From the NCBI GenBank assembly GCA_964538815.1, contig CAZIHL010000001.1, positions 79,034 to 143,033 on the forward strand: a stretch of DNA of 64,000 nucleotides, given 5' to 3'. The stretch comes from an uncultured Candidatus Saccharibacteria bacterium. GTDB lineage: Bacteria; Patescibacteriota; Minisyncoccia; Phycocordibacterales; UBA5272. A program made the position numbers and the translations under genes. Positions 39,714 through 49,212 of the stretch are shown here, piece by piece (the stretch's first letter is position 1; each line of letters opens with the position of its first letter). The notes beneath the pieces are model-generated. The model had not been told where the DNA came from. It did no database searches and saw nothing but the letters and a program-made list of their open reading frames with translations.

Positions 39714-39747
39714 CCAGTTTGAGAGGACTGGGTTAACAAAACCTCTC
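39714..39747 (+). ncRNA. predicted H-type pseudoknot
   Basis: S1 CCAGT/ACTGG, L1 TT, S2 GAGAGG/CCTCTC, A-rich L3 GTTAACAAAA. Confidence 0.65.
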
Positions 39748-39799
39748 TCTGTCGATAAGTGTGTTACTTATCCTGATGAGTCCGAAAGGACGAAACAGA
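39748..39799 (+). ncRNA. hammerhead ribozyme, type III
   Basis: TCTGTC^GATAAGT-GTGTT-ACTTATC-CTGATGA-GTCC-GAAA-GGAC-GAAACAGA: full core, GUC triplet, three perfect stems. Confidence 0.95.
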
Positions 39800-39810
39800 T
39801 TGTACCTTGA

Positions 39811-39900
39811 GAAAATTTAGTTCTCTCGTGAGTAGCGCAATGGATGTCTTAAAAAGATTTCTAGTGCTGTCGGATACTTCGGACCAATTACGAGAGGGGA
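39811..39900 (+). repeat. structured element A2
   Basis: CTCTCGTGA/TTACGAGAG outer stem; inner hairpin related to A1. Confidence 0.65.
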
Positions 39901-39928
39901 AATAAAATAAAAATAAATTTATTGTATA

Positions 39929-39965
39929 GAATAACTCCATAGCTGTCAGTCGGGAGTTATTTTTT
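39929..39965 (+). terminator. intrinsic terminator closing the island transcript
   Basis: AATAACTCC...GGAGTTATT followed by T run. Confidence 0.7.
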
Positions 39966-39998
39966 ATTTCTCACAATTTTGTTAAAATGTGCTTTAAG

Positions 39999-40071
39999 GC
40001 CATCTTAGCTTAGTTGGTAGAGCACTTCACTCGTAACGAAGAGGTCTCGAGTTCGATCCTCGGAGATGGCT
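39999..40071 (+). tRNA. tRNA-Thr(CGT)
   Basis: GCCATCT...CTTCA-CTCGTAA-CGAAG...GTTCGATC..AGATGGCT. Confidence 0.93.
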
Positions 40072-40096
40072 CAAAATTTTGTTATTATTTATATAA

Positions 40097-40990
40097 ATGC
40101 GAGATAAAGAAGAAGTAAAAAAAGAATTAATAGCATTAGAAGCTCATTTGTATGAGAATGATTTTTGGACAGATAAAAGCCATGCTAACGAAGTTCTACA
40201 AAAAATAAAAGAATTGAAAATGGAGCTGGAAGGTGGAAGTATTCTTGATGCTGGAAGCGCTACGATGAATATTTTAGCAGGAGCGGGAGGCGACGATAGT
40301 GAAGACTTTGCTCGAATGCTGGTAAACATGTATTTAAAATATTTTGAAAGAAATGGATGGGAAGTATTTAATCTTCACTCAAATAGTAATGACCATGGAG
40401 GCTACAGAAATATCTCTATAGAAATAATAGGTAAAAATGTTTATGGAAAATTAAAAAATGAATCAGGAGTCCATCGTCTTGTGCGTATTTCTCCGTTCAA
40501 TAGCAACGCAAAGAGACATACGAGCTTTGCAATGGTTGAAATATTACCAGTACTACCAAAATTAGAATTTGAGAAATTTAAATCAAATCTAAATTCTGAC
40601 GATATAGAAGTAGAAACTTCAAAATCATCTGGACCAGGTGGTCAAAATGTAAATAAAAGAGAGACAGCAGTGCGAGTAGTACACAAACCTACAAATATTG
40701 CCGTGTCAGTATCAACCGAAAGAAGTCAAGAACAAAATAAAGAAAAAGCTTTTAATATGCTCTATGCGAAGCTTTTTAAATTAGAAGAAAGAAGACAAAA
40801 AGCTGAAAAAGAAGGATTACAAATTTCTAAAACGGTAGAAATAGAGTGGGGAAATCAGATCAGAAATTATGTTCTACATCCGTATAAATTAGTAAAAGAT
40901 TTGAGGACTAATATAGAAACAAGCGATGTAGATAAAGTTTTAGAAAAAGGTGAAATCGAAGAATTTATAGAAGCGGAAAAAAGTATTTAA
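40097..40990 (+). CDS. prfB: peptide chain release factor 2 (shortened)
   Basis: GVHRLVRISPF (SPF), GPGGQ, WGNQIRNY; precedes ftsE. Confidence 0.92.
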   Translation: MRDKEEVKKELIALEAHLYENDFWTDKSHANEVLQKIKELKMELEGGSILDAGSATMNILAGAGGDDSEDFARMLVNMYLKYFERNGWEVFNLHSNSNDHGGYRNISIEIIGKNVYGKLKNESGVHRLVRISPFNSNAKRHTSFAMVEILPVLPKLEFEKFKSNLNSDDIEVETSKSSGPGGQNVNKRETAVRVVHKPTNIAVSVSTERSQEQNKEKAFNMLYAKLFKLEERRQKAEKEGLQISKTVEIEWGNQIRNYVLHPYKLVKDLRTNIETSDVDKVLEKGEIEEFIEAEKSI

Positions 40991-41079
40991 AATATAAGTT
41001 ATTTTTAAATGTTAATAACTATTTTTAGTAAAATATAATTTTATGTTAAACTAAAAAACATAGACTTAGGTTATTTTTT

Positions 41080-41760
41080 ATGCTTTATTTTGAAAATGTA
41101 AAAAAAGAGTATCCCGGTGGATTTGTTGTTCTAGACGAAGTAAATCTGACAATTGATAAAGGGGAACTAGTTTCAATTGTAGGACACTCTGGAGCAGGCA
41201 AGACCACACTTATAAAAATGATTTTGGCTGAAGAAAAGCCAAGCCGTGGAAAAATATCATTTCACTCAAATCAAATACATAAATTAAGAGGGAAAGAATT
41301 GACTAACTTTAGAAGAAAGGTTGGGGTTGTTTTTCAAGATTACAGATTACTTTCAAATAGAACAGTATTTGAAAATATTGCTTTTGCTATGGAAGCTGCA
41401 GGAAAGACTGATGAAGACATAATAAAAGACGTGCCTCATGTTTTAGATCTTGTAGACCTTCGAAATAAAATCTATCATTTTCCAGATCAGCTTTCTGGTG
41501 GAGAAAAACAACGTGTCGCAATTGCTCGTGCACTTGTAAATAGGCCAGATATTATCATTGCTGATGAGCCAACTGGAAATCTTGATCCGGTAAATACTTA
41601 TGATATTATCCAGATTCTTAAAAAAATAAATGATCTCGGCACAACTATCATTCTCACAACTCATAATAAAGGTATTATTGATCACTTAAAAAAGAGAGTT
41701 ATAACAATGGAAGATGGTAGAATTATAAAAGATGAAAAGATTGGAAAATATTCAATTTAA
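41080..41760 (+). CDS. ftsE: cell division ATPase FtsE
   Basis: [35 protein letters not shown]. Confidence 0.93.
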   Translation: MLYFENVKKEYPGGFVVLDEVNLTIDKGELVSIVGHSGAGKTTLIKMILAEEKPSRGKISFHSNQIHKLRGKELTNFRRKVGVVFQDYRLLSNRTVFENIAFAMEAAGKTDEDIIKDVPHVLDLVDLRNKIYHFPDQLSGGEKQRVAIARALVNRPDIIIADEPTGNLDPVNTYDIIQILKKINDLGTTIILTTHNKGIIDHLKKRVITMEDGRIIKDEKIGKYSI

Positions 41761-41771
41761 GAAATAAAAAT

Positions 41772-42704
41772 ATGAGTAAAACAAGTATATCAATAAAAAG
41801 AATTCTCAAGTCAGGTTTTTTAAATTTTATTAGAAACAAAACGGTTTCTTTTTCTTCTTTAGCAATTCTGACAGTCACTTTACTTATTATAGGTATTTTC
41901 TTCTTTTTTAGAGGTATTTTCGATTATTCTTTAAATGAAATACAAAATAAGGTTGATATAAAGATTTACTTTAAATTAGATGCTGAAAATTCTCAAATAA
42001 ATAATGTATTTCAAAAAATAAAAAATCTACCAGAAATAGAATCTGTGTCTTTAACAACAGCGGAAGAAGCTTTGGTTGATTTTCAAACAAAACATTCAAA
42101 TGATCCGGTAACTTTAGAAGCTTTAAAAGAAGTTGGTAATAATCCTTTTGGAGCTATGATAACAGTCGTAGCTAAAGATACAAATAGTTATGAGTCTATT
42201 TCAAACACTTTAAATGATAGGCAAGGATTTTTAGGAGATGATTATAATAGTATAGATAAAATAAATTATTTTGAATTAAAGTCCACAATAGATAAATTAA
42301 ATAATATTATAAAATGGGTAAATAATGCTGGGTATTGGATAGCCTTAATTTTCATAATTATAAGTTCTCTTATTATATTTAATACTATTCGTCTTTCAAT
42401 TTTTATATTTAGAGAAGAAATTTCAGTAATGAAGCTTGTAGGGGCTTCAAATATGTATATTCGAGGCCCATTTTTAATTGAGTCTACAATATATGCTTTT
42501 ATTTCTACAATATTAGCAATGCTTATATTTTTACCAATAACTTATTGGGTTTCAGAAAAAACAGTAGTATTCTTTAATGGGTTGAATATATTTAATTATT
42601 ATTTAAATAATTTCTTTTCTTTGTTTATTTTATTATTAATAATAAGTTTTGTATTAGCTTCAATATCATCAATAATGGCGATGAGAAAGTATTTAAAAGT
42701 TTAA
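41772..42704 (+). CDS. ftsX: cell division permease FtsX
   Basis: NTIRL..REEI.VMKLVGA...IRGPF motif; follows ftsE. Confidence 0.93.
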   Translation: MSKTSISIKRILKSGFLNFIRNKTVSFSSLAILTVTLLIIGIFFFFRGIFDYSLNEIQNKVDIKIYFKLDAENSQINNVFQKIKNLPEIESVSLTTAEEALVDFQTKHSNDPVTLEALKEVGNNPFGAMITVVAKDTNSYESISNTLNDRQGFLGDDYNSIDKINYFELKSTIDKLNNIIKWVNNAGYWIALIFIIISSLIIFNTIRLSIFIFREEISVMKLVGASNMYIRGPFLIESTIYAFISTILAMLIFLPITYWVSEKTVVFFNGLNIFNYYLNNFFSLFILLLIISFVLASISSIMAMRKYLKV

Positions 42705-42737
42705 TTTATGTTATAATTAAAATATAATTAAAATTAT

Positions 42738-45074
42738 ATGTCATTTAAATTAAAAATAATTAATTCTTTTTCAATTCTATCTTTTTTAGTAGCTTTAATA
42801 ACTTTAAGTAGTTTTTTTTTATTGAAAATACCATTTTTAGATAATTATATATCTTTAGATGCTAATAAAAGTCTATTTTTATTAGGGATGACATCAATTT
42901 CTTTGATATTATTTTTAATATCTGCATTTTTAAATAAGAATATACATATACCTGAAAATAAAATAACTAGAGCTTTCTTTATCCTTATTCCTTTATTTTT
43001 AATAATTTCTATATTATTTTCCCAAAGTATTCCAAATTCTTTTTTTGGTAAATATGTGTTTTTCCAAAGCGGAGCAATATATTTGTCATTATTCACTTTA
43101 TTTTACATAATAGCATATAAGATTAAATATTATAAGAAATTAACATGGATTATTTTATTTTTGAGTAATTTGTCGATAACAATATTATCTATTTTAGCTG
43201 TTGTATTTAGTAAGTTTAATTGGATTAATTTAATAAATAAAATAAGTTATTTTATAGATGGTTGGGACACTACAGCAATAGCTTGTTCTATAGTTATTTT
43301 TATAACGCTTGTTTATTTAGAAAATAATTCCTTAACAAAATTCCAAAAAATATTATCTATATTTATAGTAATTATTCATACTTTATTATTAATTTGTATT
43401 ATAATGCCAGATATTTGGTATGCTGTATTTTTTACTGTGCTATTTATATTTATAACTAGTAAAAACATAAAATTTTTTTATAAAAAGACTTCTTTTTATA
43501 TTCTTTTAATATCTTTTGTGATGTCATTCTTAATTCTTTTTTCAAATGGCGGATTCACAACTAATATAGTAAATAAAATTACAAATTTTACAAATAATTA
43601 TTTAAAAATTAATTATAGTTTTGTAAAGCCTAATATTGAAACTAGTTTGTCTTTGGCGGGCAAAGAATTATTTAAAGGTAAATTGTTTGGTGTTGGTCCT
43701 AACGATTTTTATAAAGTCTGGCAAATTCAGAAGACTGATTCAGTTATAACTTCTAGTTATTGGAATACAGACTTTGTTTCTTCTTATTCTGCTTTTACTA
43801 CTCTGTTAGTAACTTTAGGTGTAGCTAACGTTTTATTATTTATAATAATTTATTTTGCTATTGGTATAAATTTATTTAAAAAACTCAAAAAAGAAAATAA
43901 AGAAAATGATATTTTAGATTATCAAAATAAATTTTACTTATACTCTGCTATTACTATTTTTATTTTCTCATTTTTCATATTTTTATTTTTTGCAAACATT
44001 TCAATTTCTATTATTTTAATGGTTTTAGCTATATCTATAGTATCTTCTAATAATATTAAATGGAAAAATAGTAAAAATTATTTGATTAAATTTTTACTAG
44101 TTTTACTATTTATAGCTGTATTTATAGGGTTATTAATATCTATAAATAAAGTAAGAACAAATTATATTTTTACTAAAGCTATTAAGAATTATCAAACAGA
44201 TAATAATATTTCAAATTTAGAAACTTCTTTCATAAAAGCTGTTAATTTATCTAAAACTGATTCAAGTTATAGATTATTGACACAATTTTATATTTTTAAA
44301 TCACAATTAATATTAAATAGTTCTTCTACAGATATAGAAATCAAAGGAAAAGAATTTTCAGATTCTATTAATAATGCTATAAATTCTGCCAATATGTCCA
44401 TCAAATTAGATAGTAATGATTATTATAATTACATAATTTTAGGTTCCATTTATGATTTTTTGATTCCTTTAAATGAAGAAAATAAAAATAATAATTATAA
44501 TCTAGCCAAAGAAGCATATAATAAAGCTTTAATTCTTTATCCAAAAAATCCATCAATTTATTTAACTTTAGCTCAATTAGAATATAATTCTAATCAAAAT
44601 AAAGAAACAACAATAGAAAATTTGAATAAATCTTTACAAATAAAACCAAATTATTCTCAAGCTTTATTTATTTTTTCACAATTGTCTTTACAAAATAATG
44701 ATAACGATAATGCTATGGAATATGCTCTTAAAGCTGTGCAATCAGATCCTCGAAATATAAATGCTCTTTTACAGTATGGGTTTTTACTTATAAATAAAAA
44801 AGATGTAAAAATAGAAGACTTAAATCAAGCATACACTGCATTTATCACAATTTTAAATCTAGATCCAAACAATGTGGTAGCAGCTTATAATTTAGGAGTC
44901 ACTTATATATTAGCTGGAGAATATGATCAAGCTCAAAATGTTATAAATATTTTAAAGCAAGTTTTACCTAATGATGAAAAAATTATAGAATTAGAAAAAT
45001 ATTTATCAATTATAAGAAATAATAATTCTAATAATAAAGATATTAAAAATACTGAAAGTAAAGATCATAAATAA
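42738..45074 (+). CDS. polytopic membrane protein with C-terminal TPRs (O-antigen-ligase-like)
   Basis: Many TM helices, FGVGP..F loop, TPR-like A..L.P repeats. Confidence 0.7.
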   Translation: MSFKLKIINSFSILSFLVALITLSSFFLLKIPFLDNYISLDANKSLFLLGMTSISLILFLISAFLNKNIHIPENKITRAFFILIPLFLIISILFSQSIPNSFFGKYVFFQSGAIYLSLFTLFYIIAYKIKYYKKLTWIILFLSNLSITILSILAVVFSKFNWINLINKISYFIDGWDTTAIACSIVIFITLVYLENNSLTKFQKILSIFIVIIHTLLLICIIMPDIWYAVFFTVLFIFITSKNIKFFYKKTSFYILLISFVMSFLILFSNGGFTTNIVNKITNFTNNYLKINYSFVKPNIETSLSLAGKELFKGKLFGVGPNDFYKVWQIQKTDSVITSSYWNTDFVSSYSAFTTLLVTLGVANVLLFIIIYFAIGINLFKKLKKENKENDILDYQNKFYLYSAITIFIFSFFIFLFFANISISIILMVLAISIVSSNNIKWKNSKNYLIKFLLVLLFIAVFIGLLISINKVRTNYIFTKAIKNYQTDNNISNLETSFIKAVNLSKTDSSYRLLTQFYIFKSQLILNSSSTDIEIKGKEFSDSINNAINSANMSIKLDSNDYYNYIILGSIYDFLIPLNEENKNNNYNLAKEAYNKALILYPKNPSIYLTLAQLEYNSNQNKETTIENLNKSLQIKPNYSQALFIFSQLSLQNNDNDNAMEYALKAVQSDPRNINALLQYGFLLINKKDVKIEDLNQAYTAFITILNLDPNNVVAAYNLGVTYILAGEYDQAQNVINILKQVLPNDEKIIELEKYLSIIRNNNSNNKDIKNTESKDHK

Positions 45075-45079
45075 AAAAT

Positions 45080-46111
45080 ATGGGAAAAAAGATTTTGGTA
45101 TCAGGAGTTCAATCAAGTGGGAAACTTCATATTGGTAATTATTTTGGAGCTATAAAACAAATGATTGAGTTAGTTAATAGTGGTGAATATGAATCATATA
45201 TTTTTATAGCAGATTATCATTCTATGACCACTTTGATAGATTCTGAAGAAAGGTCTAAAAATACACTAGAAAGTATTGCTACATATTTAGCACTTGGTAT
45301 GGATAGAAAAAAAGTAAATATCTTTAAGCAAAGTGACGTATTAAGTATAACAGAATTAGCCTGGATATTTAATACTGTTACTCCAATTCCAATGTTATTT
45401 TTGGCTCATTCTTTTAAAGATAAAGTTGGTAGTATAAGAGAAGAAAAAATAAATATTGATAATTTAAAAAATATAAATGTTGGTCTTTTTGATTATCCAA
45501 TACTTATGGCGGCTGATATTTTAATTTATAATGCTGATATTGTACCGGTGGGAAAAGATCAAGAACAACATATAGAATATGCAAGAGAGATTGCTGGAAA
45601 GTATAATAGAACATATAAAGTAAACACATTTAAAGAGCCAAAAGCTTTTATAAAAAAAGAAGTTGCTACCATACAGGGAACTGACGGAGAAAAAATGGCA
45701 AAAAGTAAAGGAAACGCGATACCTATATTTGGAAATATTGAAGAAATAAAAAAGAAAATAATGAGTATTAAGACAGATAGTTTACTCCCAAATGAAAAAA
45801 AAGATCCTGATATTAATAATATTTATAATATTCATAAATTATTTTTATCACAAATAGAAAATAAAAAACTTCGTGAAAAATTTTTAAACAGTGATAAAGT
45901 TCCGTATAGTTATAAAGAAGCTAAAGAAGAATTGTTAAACACTATAAATAATTATTTTAAAGATGCTCAAAAAAAGTTTGATTATTTTACTAGTACAGAA
46001 AAAGGAAAGAAGGAGATTTTGAAAATTATGAAAGAAGGAGCAAAAAAAGCAAATAAAAGAAGTCTTGAAATGATTAAAAAAGTCAGAAAGGAAACAGGAC
46101 TTGATTTTTAG
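45080..46111 (+). CDS. trpS: tryptophan--tRNA ligase
   Basis: HIGNY, YPILMAADI, VPVGKDQ, KMAKS. Confidence 0.97.
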   Translation: MGKKILVSGVQSSGKLHIGNYFGAIKQMIELVNSGEYESYIFIADYHSMTTLIDSEERSKNTLESIATYLALGMDRKKVNIFKQSDVLSITELAWIFNTVTPIPMLFLAHSFKDKVGSIREEKINIDNLKNINVGLFDYPILMAADILIYNADIVPVGKDQEQHIEYAREIAGKYNRTYKVNTFKEPKAFIKKEVATIQGTDGEKMAKSKGNAIPIFGNIEEIKKKIMSIKTDSLLPNEKKDPDINNIYNIHKLFLSQIENKKLREKFLNSDKVPYSYKEAKEELLNTINNYFKDAQKKFDYFTSTEKGKKEILKIMKEGAKKANKRSLEMIKKVRKETGLDF

Positions 46112-46213
46112 TATAAAAAATAAATCAAATAAAAAGACTAAGATTTTTATTTTGGTTTTTTATTTGTTAAGTTTTACTTAATTTATATTTTGCTTATGAT
46201 ATTATATATACAT

Positions 46214-47833
46214 ATGAAAAATAAAATTCTTGTATTGTTTGGTATTTTATTATTAACTTTATCTTTTTTTATAACTAAAGCAGCAACTACACCTTCTTAT
46301 TTACCAAATACAACATTCTCGTATTCAGCTTGGGTCCCGTATTGGGCAAGGTGGACAGGAGTCGATGAACTTTACGCTAGCATTACTACAAATGGTGCTA
46401 TGGTCTATAATTCAAATTTTTTTGCCACCACTTCTGGTGCAGGATTTCATCTGGCGACAAATACTCCTATGAATCTAGATAAGATCGATATAATTTCTCC
46501 ATTTACATTTGAAGTAAATGAAACAGGAGCATTTCAAGATAAAGGAAAAATGAGTGAAGATGCTTTTAAATCACTTATAGCTGTGGCTCATGAAAAAGGT
46601 AAAAAAGTTTATCCGACAGTACTTTGGGCAAATGGTGATCAGATAGACAAAGTTTTAGCTGATAAAGGGTTGCAAGATGCTATTTATTCTGATGTCATGT
46701 ATCACGTAATTAAATATAATCTTGATGGAATTGATATAGATTTTGAAGGGAAGAAAGCCGAAACTAAAGATAATTTTAGTTATCTTTTAAGTATGTTATC
46801 TACGGCACTTCATGCAAAAAATAAAGGATTGATTTGTACAATAGAACCTCGCTTACCTCTTGATAGTTTATATTCAACTCTAACAGATGGTACTAAAAAT
46901 AATATTGAAAGAGCTAATGATTATACATCTCTTGCAAAATATTGTGATCAAGTAAGAATAATGGCTTATGATCAAATGGGTGCGGATATGGTTTTAAATA
47001 ATCAAAATAAAGATAAACTTTACAGGCCAGTTGCCGATATTAATTGGGTAGAAAAAGTTATAAAAAATACTATTCAAGAAGGAATACCTGTAAATAAAAT
47101 AGTATTAGGTGTCGCAACATATGGTTATAAATTTGAGATTTCAAACGCTACTCCAACTCTCACTAGTACAAACACTCCTGATCGATATGGAAGTATTCTT
47201 CTAAACAATCTTTCACAGTATAAATATTTTCGTATAGGTAGTATGAATTATTTTTATGCTGACAAGTTTGTAAAGGATTTTGGTATAATACCAATTCGTA
47301 ATAGCGGAGGAGAATTAGAATTTACTTATTCATCAAGTACGGATCTTTCAAATACTACTCCCGGGGTAATGAAAAATTATTATGTAGAATATTCTGATGC
47401 AGAAGCAATATCACAAAAGATAACTCTTGCTAAAAAGTATGGACTAGCTGGAATAGCTATGTTTAAAATTGACGGGAATAATGATCACAATATATGGAAT
47501 GTATTAACAAAAGAACCGTCTGCAACAACAAATACAAACACAGGTAATAGTTGTTATGTATTTAATAAAAATATGGATATTGGTAGCCTAGGTAATGATG
47601 TATTAAAATTACAAAAATTATTAAACCAAAATGGATTTATTGTATCATCTAGCGGAGCAGGATCTTCTGGAAACGAGACAAGTATGTATGGTAGAGCTAC
47701 ATTTAATGCTGTAAAAAAGTTTCAAGAAAAATATAAAGATAAAATATTAGCTCCTAATGGTTTAAAATTTGGAACTGGTTATTTTGGTAAAACTACTAGA
47801 GAATTTATAAATAAAAATATTTGTATAAATTAA
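46214..47833 (+). CDS. secreted GH18 glycoside hydrolase with C-terminal peptidoglycan-binding domain
   Basis: Signal peptide, LDGIDIDFE catalytic motif, MAYD, GS.GNDVLKLQ..L..G. Confidence 0.88.
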   Translation: MKNKILVLFGILLLTLSFFITKAATTPSYLPNTTFSYSAWVPYWARWTGVDELYASITTNGAMVYNSNFFATTSGAGFHLATNTPMNLDKIDIISPFTFEVNETGAFQDKGKMSEDAFKSLIAVAHEKGKKVYPTVLWANGDQIDKVLADKGLQDAIYSDVMYHVIKYNLDGIDIDFEGKKAETKDNFSYLLSMLSTALHAKNKGLICTIEPRLPLDSLYSTLTDGTKNNIERANDYTSLAKYCDQVRIMAYDQMGADMVLNNQNKDKLYRPVADINWVEKVIKNTIQEGIPVNKIVLGVATYGYKFEISNATPTLTSTNTPDRYGSILLNNLSQYKYFRIGSMNYFYADKFVKDFGIIPIRNSGGELEFTYSSSTDLSNTTPGVMKNYYVEYSDAEAISQKITLAKKYGLAGIAMFKIDGNNDHNIWNVLTKEPSATTNTNTGNSCYVFNKNMDIGSLGNDVLKLQKLLNQNGFIVSSSGAGSSGNETSMYGRATFNAVKKFQEKYKDKILAPNGLKFGTGYFGKTTREFINKNICIN

Positions 47834-47875
47834 TTGTAAATAAAATTTTATTTATCATGATATAATTTTATTATT

Positions 47876-48613
47876 ATGATGAATGGATTCAATGTAGAAT
47901 TGGAAAGATTTTCAGGGCCTTATTTTAAATTACTTAAATTGATAGAAGAAAGAAAACTTTCAATAAATGAATTTTCACTTGCAGAAGTGACTGATAAATA
48001 TATTGAATATATTCGAGGACTAGAATTGAAAGAAAAAAAGAATATTGTAGATATTTCTCAATTTATATCAGTGGCTTCTACTCTTATGTTAATAAAAGCG
48101 AAATCTCTTTTTCCTAATATTTCTTTTTCACAAGAAGAAGAAGTTTCAGTTCAAAATCTTGAAAAAAAATTAGAACTTTATAAAAGTATATATGAAGCTT
48201 CTAAAATTTTAAATAAGATATACAATAAAAATATTTTATATTCTATATCTAAAGTTGAAAATAAAGAAAATGTTTTTGTTTGGGATACTAGAGTAGATCC
48301 ACTTATATTGCATTCTATAGCAATAGCTTCACTTTTAAAAGTTCCTAAAAAGGAGGTTTTAAAACAAGTTGCTGTAAAACAAGTTTTAAAAATAGAAGAT
48401 GTTATAGAAAAGTTATTATATAGAGTTAAAGCTAGTTTTAGTATATCTTTTAAAGAATTTTCTAATTCTATTTCTAAAGAAAGTAAAACACTGGATGAGA
48501 AAAAATCTGCATTTATAGTATCTTTTTTGGCAATGTTAGAATTAATTAAAAATGGTATTGTGAGTGCTGATCAAGGAGAGAATCATAATGAGATTAATAT
48601 TTTAAATGTATAA
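47876..48613 (+). CDS. scpA: segregation/condensation protein A
   Basis: FSGP...LL.LI, L..IKAK.L, FLAMLELIK. Confidence 0.9.
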   Translation: MMNGFNVELERFSGPYFKLLKLIEERKLSINEFSLAEVTDKYIEYIRGLELKEKKNIVDISQFISVASTLMLIKAKSLFPNISFSQEEEVSVQNLEKKLELYKSIYEASKILNKIYNKNILYSISKVENKENVFVWDTRVDPLILHSIAIASLLKVPKKEVLKQVAVKQVLKIEDVIEKLLYRVKASFSISFKEFSNSISKESKTLDEKKSAFIVSFLAMLELIKNGIVSADQGENHNEINILNV

Positions 48614-48630
48614 AATGATATAATAAAAGT

Positions 48631-49203
48631 ATGGAAAATCTAAATAATAATATTTATACAAAATTATCTGCAATTTTATTTTTATACAACGATTCTATTA
48701 ATATAAATACAATAAAAGAATTTTTAGAGGATGAAAATATAACAACAGAAATAATTAAAGACAATATAAAAATATTAAACGATAAATTGGCAGAAATTGG
48801 ATTAGTTATTATAGAAAATAATTTAAAAAATAATGAAAATATAGAATATTCTTTAGCAGTTAAAAAAGAATTAGGTTTTTTAGCTAAAAAAATTAAAGAA
48901 GATGAATTAAGTTATGATTTAACACCAGCAGCATTACAAGTACTTACTATTTGTGCTTATTTGGGAGCTTGTACTAAAAATGAAATATCCTTTATTAGAG
49001 GTATTCAATCTTCACAAAGTATAAGATCTCTTTCTGTAAGAGGATTAATAAAAAAAGTAGGCGATAAATATGTTCTTTCTATAGACGCTATTCAAAGACT
49101 TGGTATAACTAAAATTAACGATTTACCAGAATATGAAAAAATAAGTAATGATTTTAAAGAAAGATTAAAAGAAATAATGGAAGAAGATCAAGAAAAAATA
49201 TAA
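48631..49203 (+). CDS. scpB: segregation/condensation protein B
   Basis: LTPAALQVL.I.AY, I..IRG, DLP; follows scpA. Confidence 0.9.
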   Translation: MENLNNNIYTKLSAILFLYNDSININTIKEFLEDENITTEIIKDNIKILNDKLAEIGLVIIENNLKNNENIEYSLAVKKELGFLAKKIKEDELSYDLTPAALQVLTICAYLGACTKNEISFIRGIQSSQSIRSLSVRGLIKKVGDKYVLSIDAIQRLGITKINDLPEYEKISNDFKERLKEIMEEDQEKI

Positions 49204-49212
49204 GATAATGAT

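Noticed and set aside
38706-39965. Retron, diversity-generating retroelement or retrozyme
   Set aside because: No reverse transcriptase in the window, only one hammerhead found, and no template/variable repeat pair.
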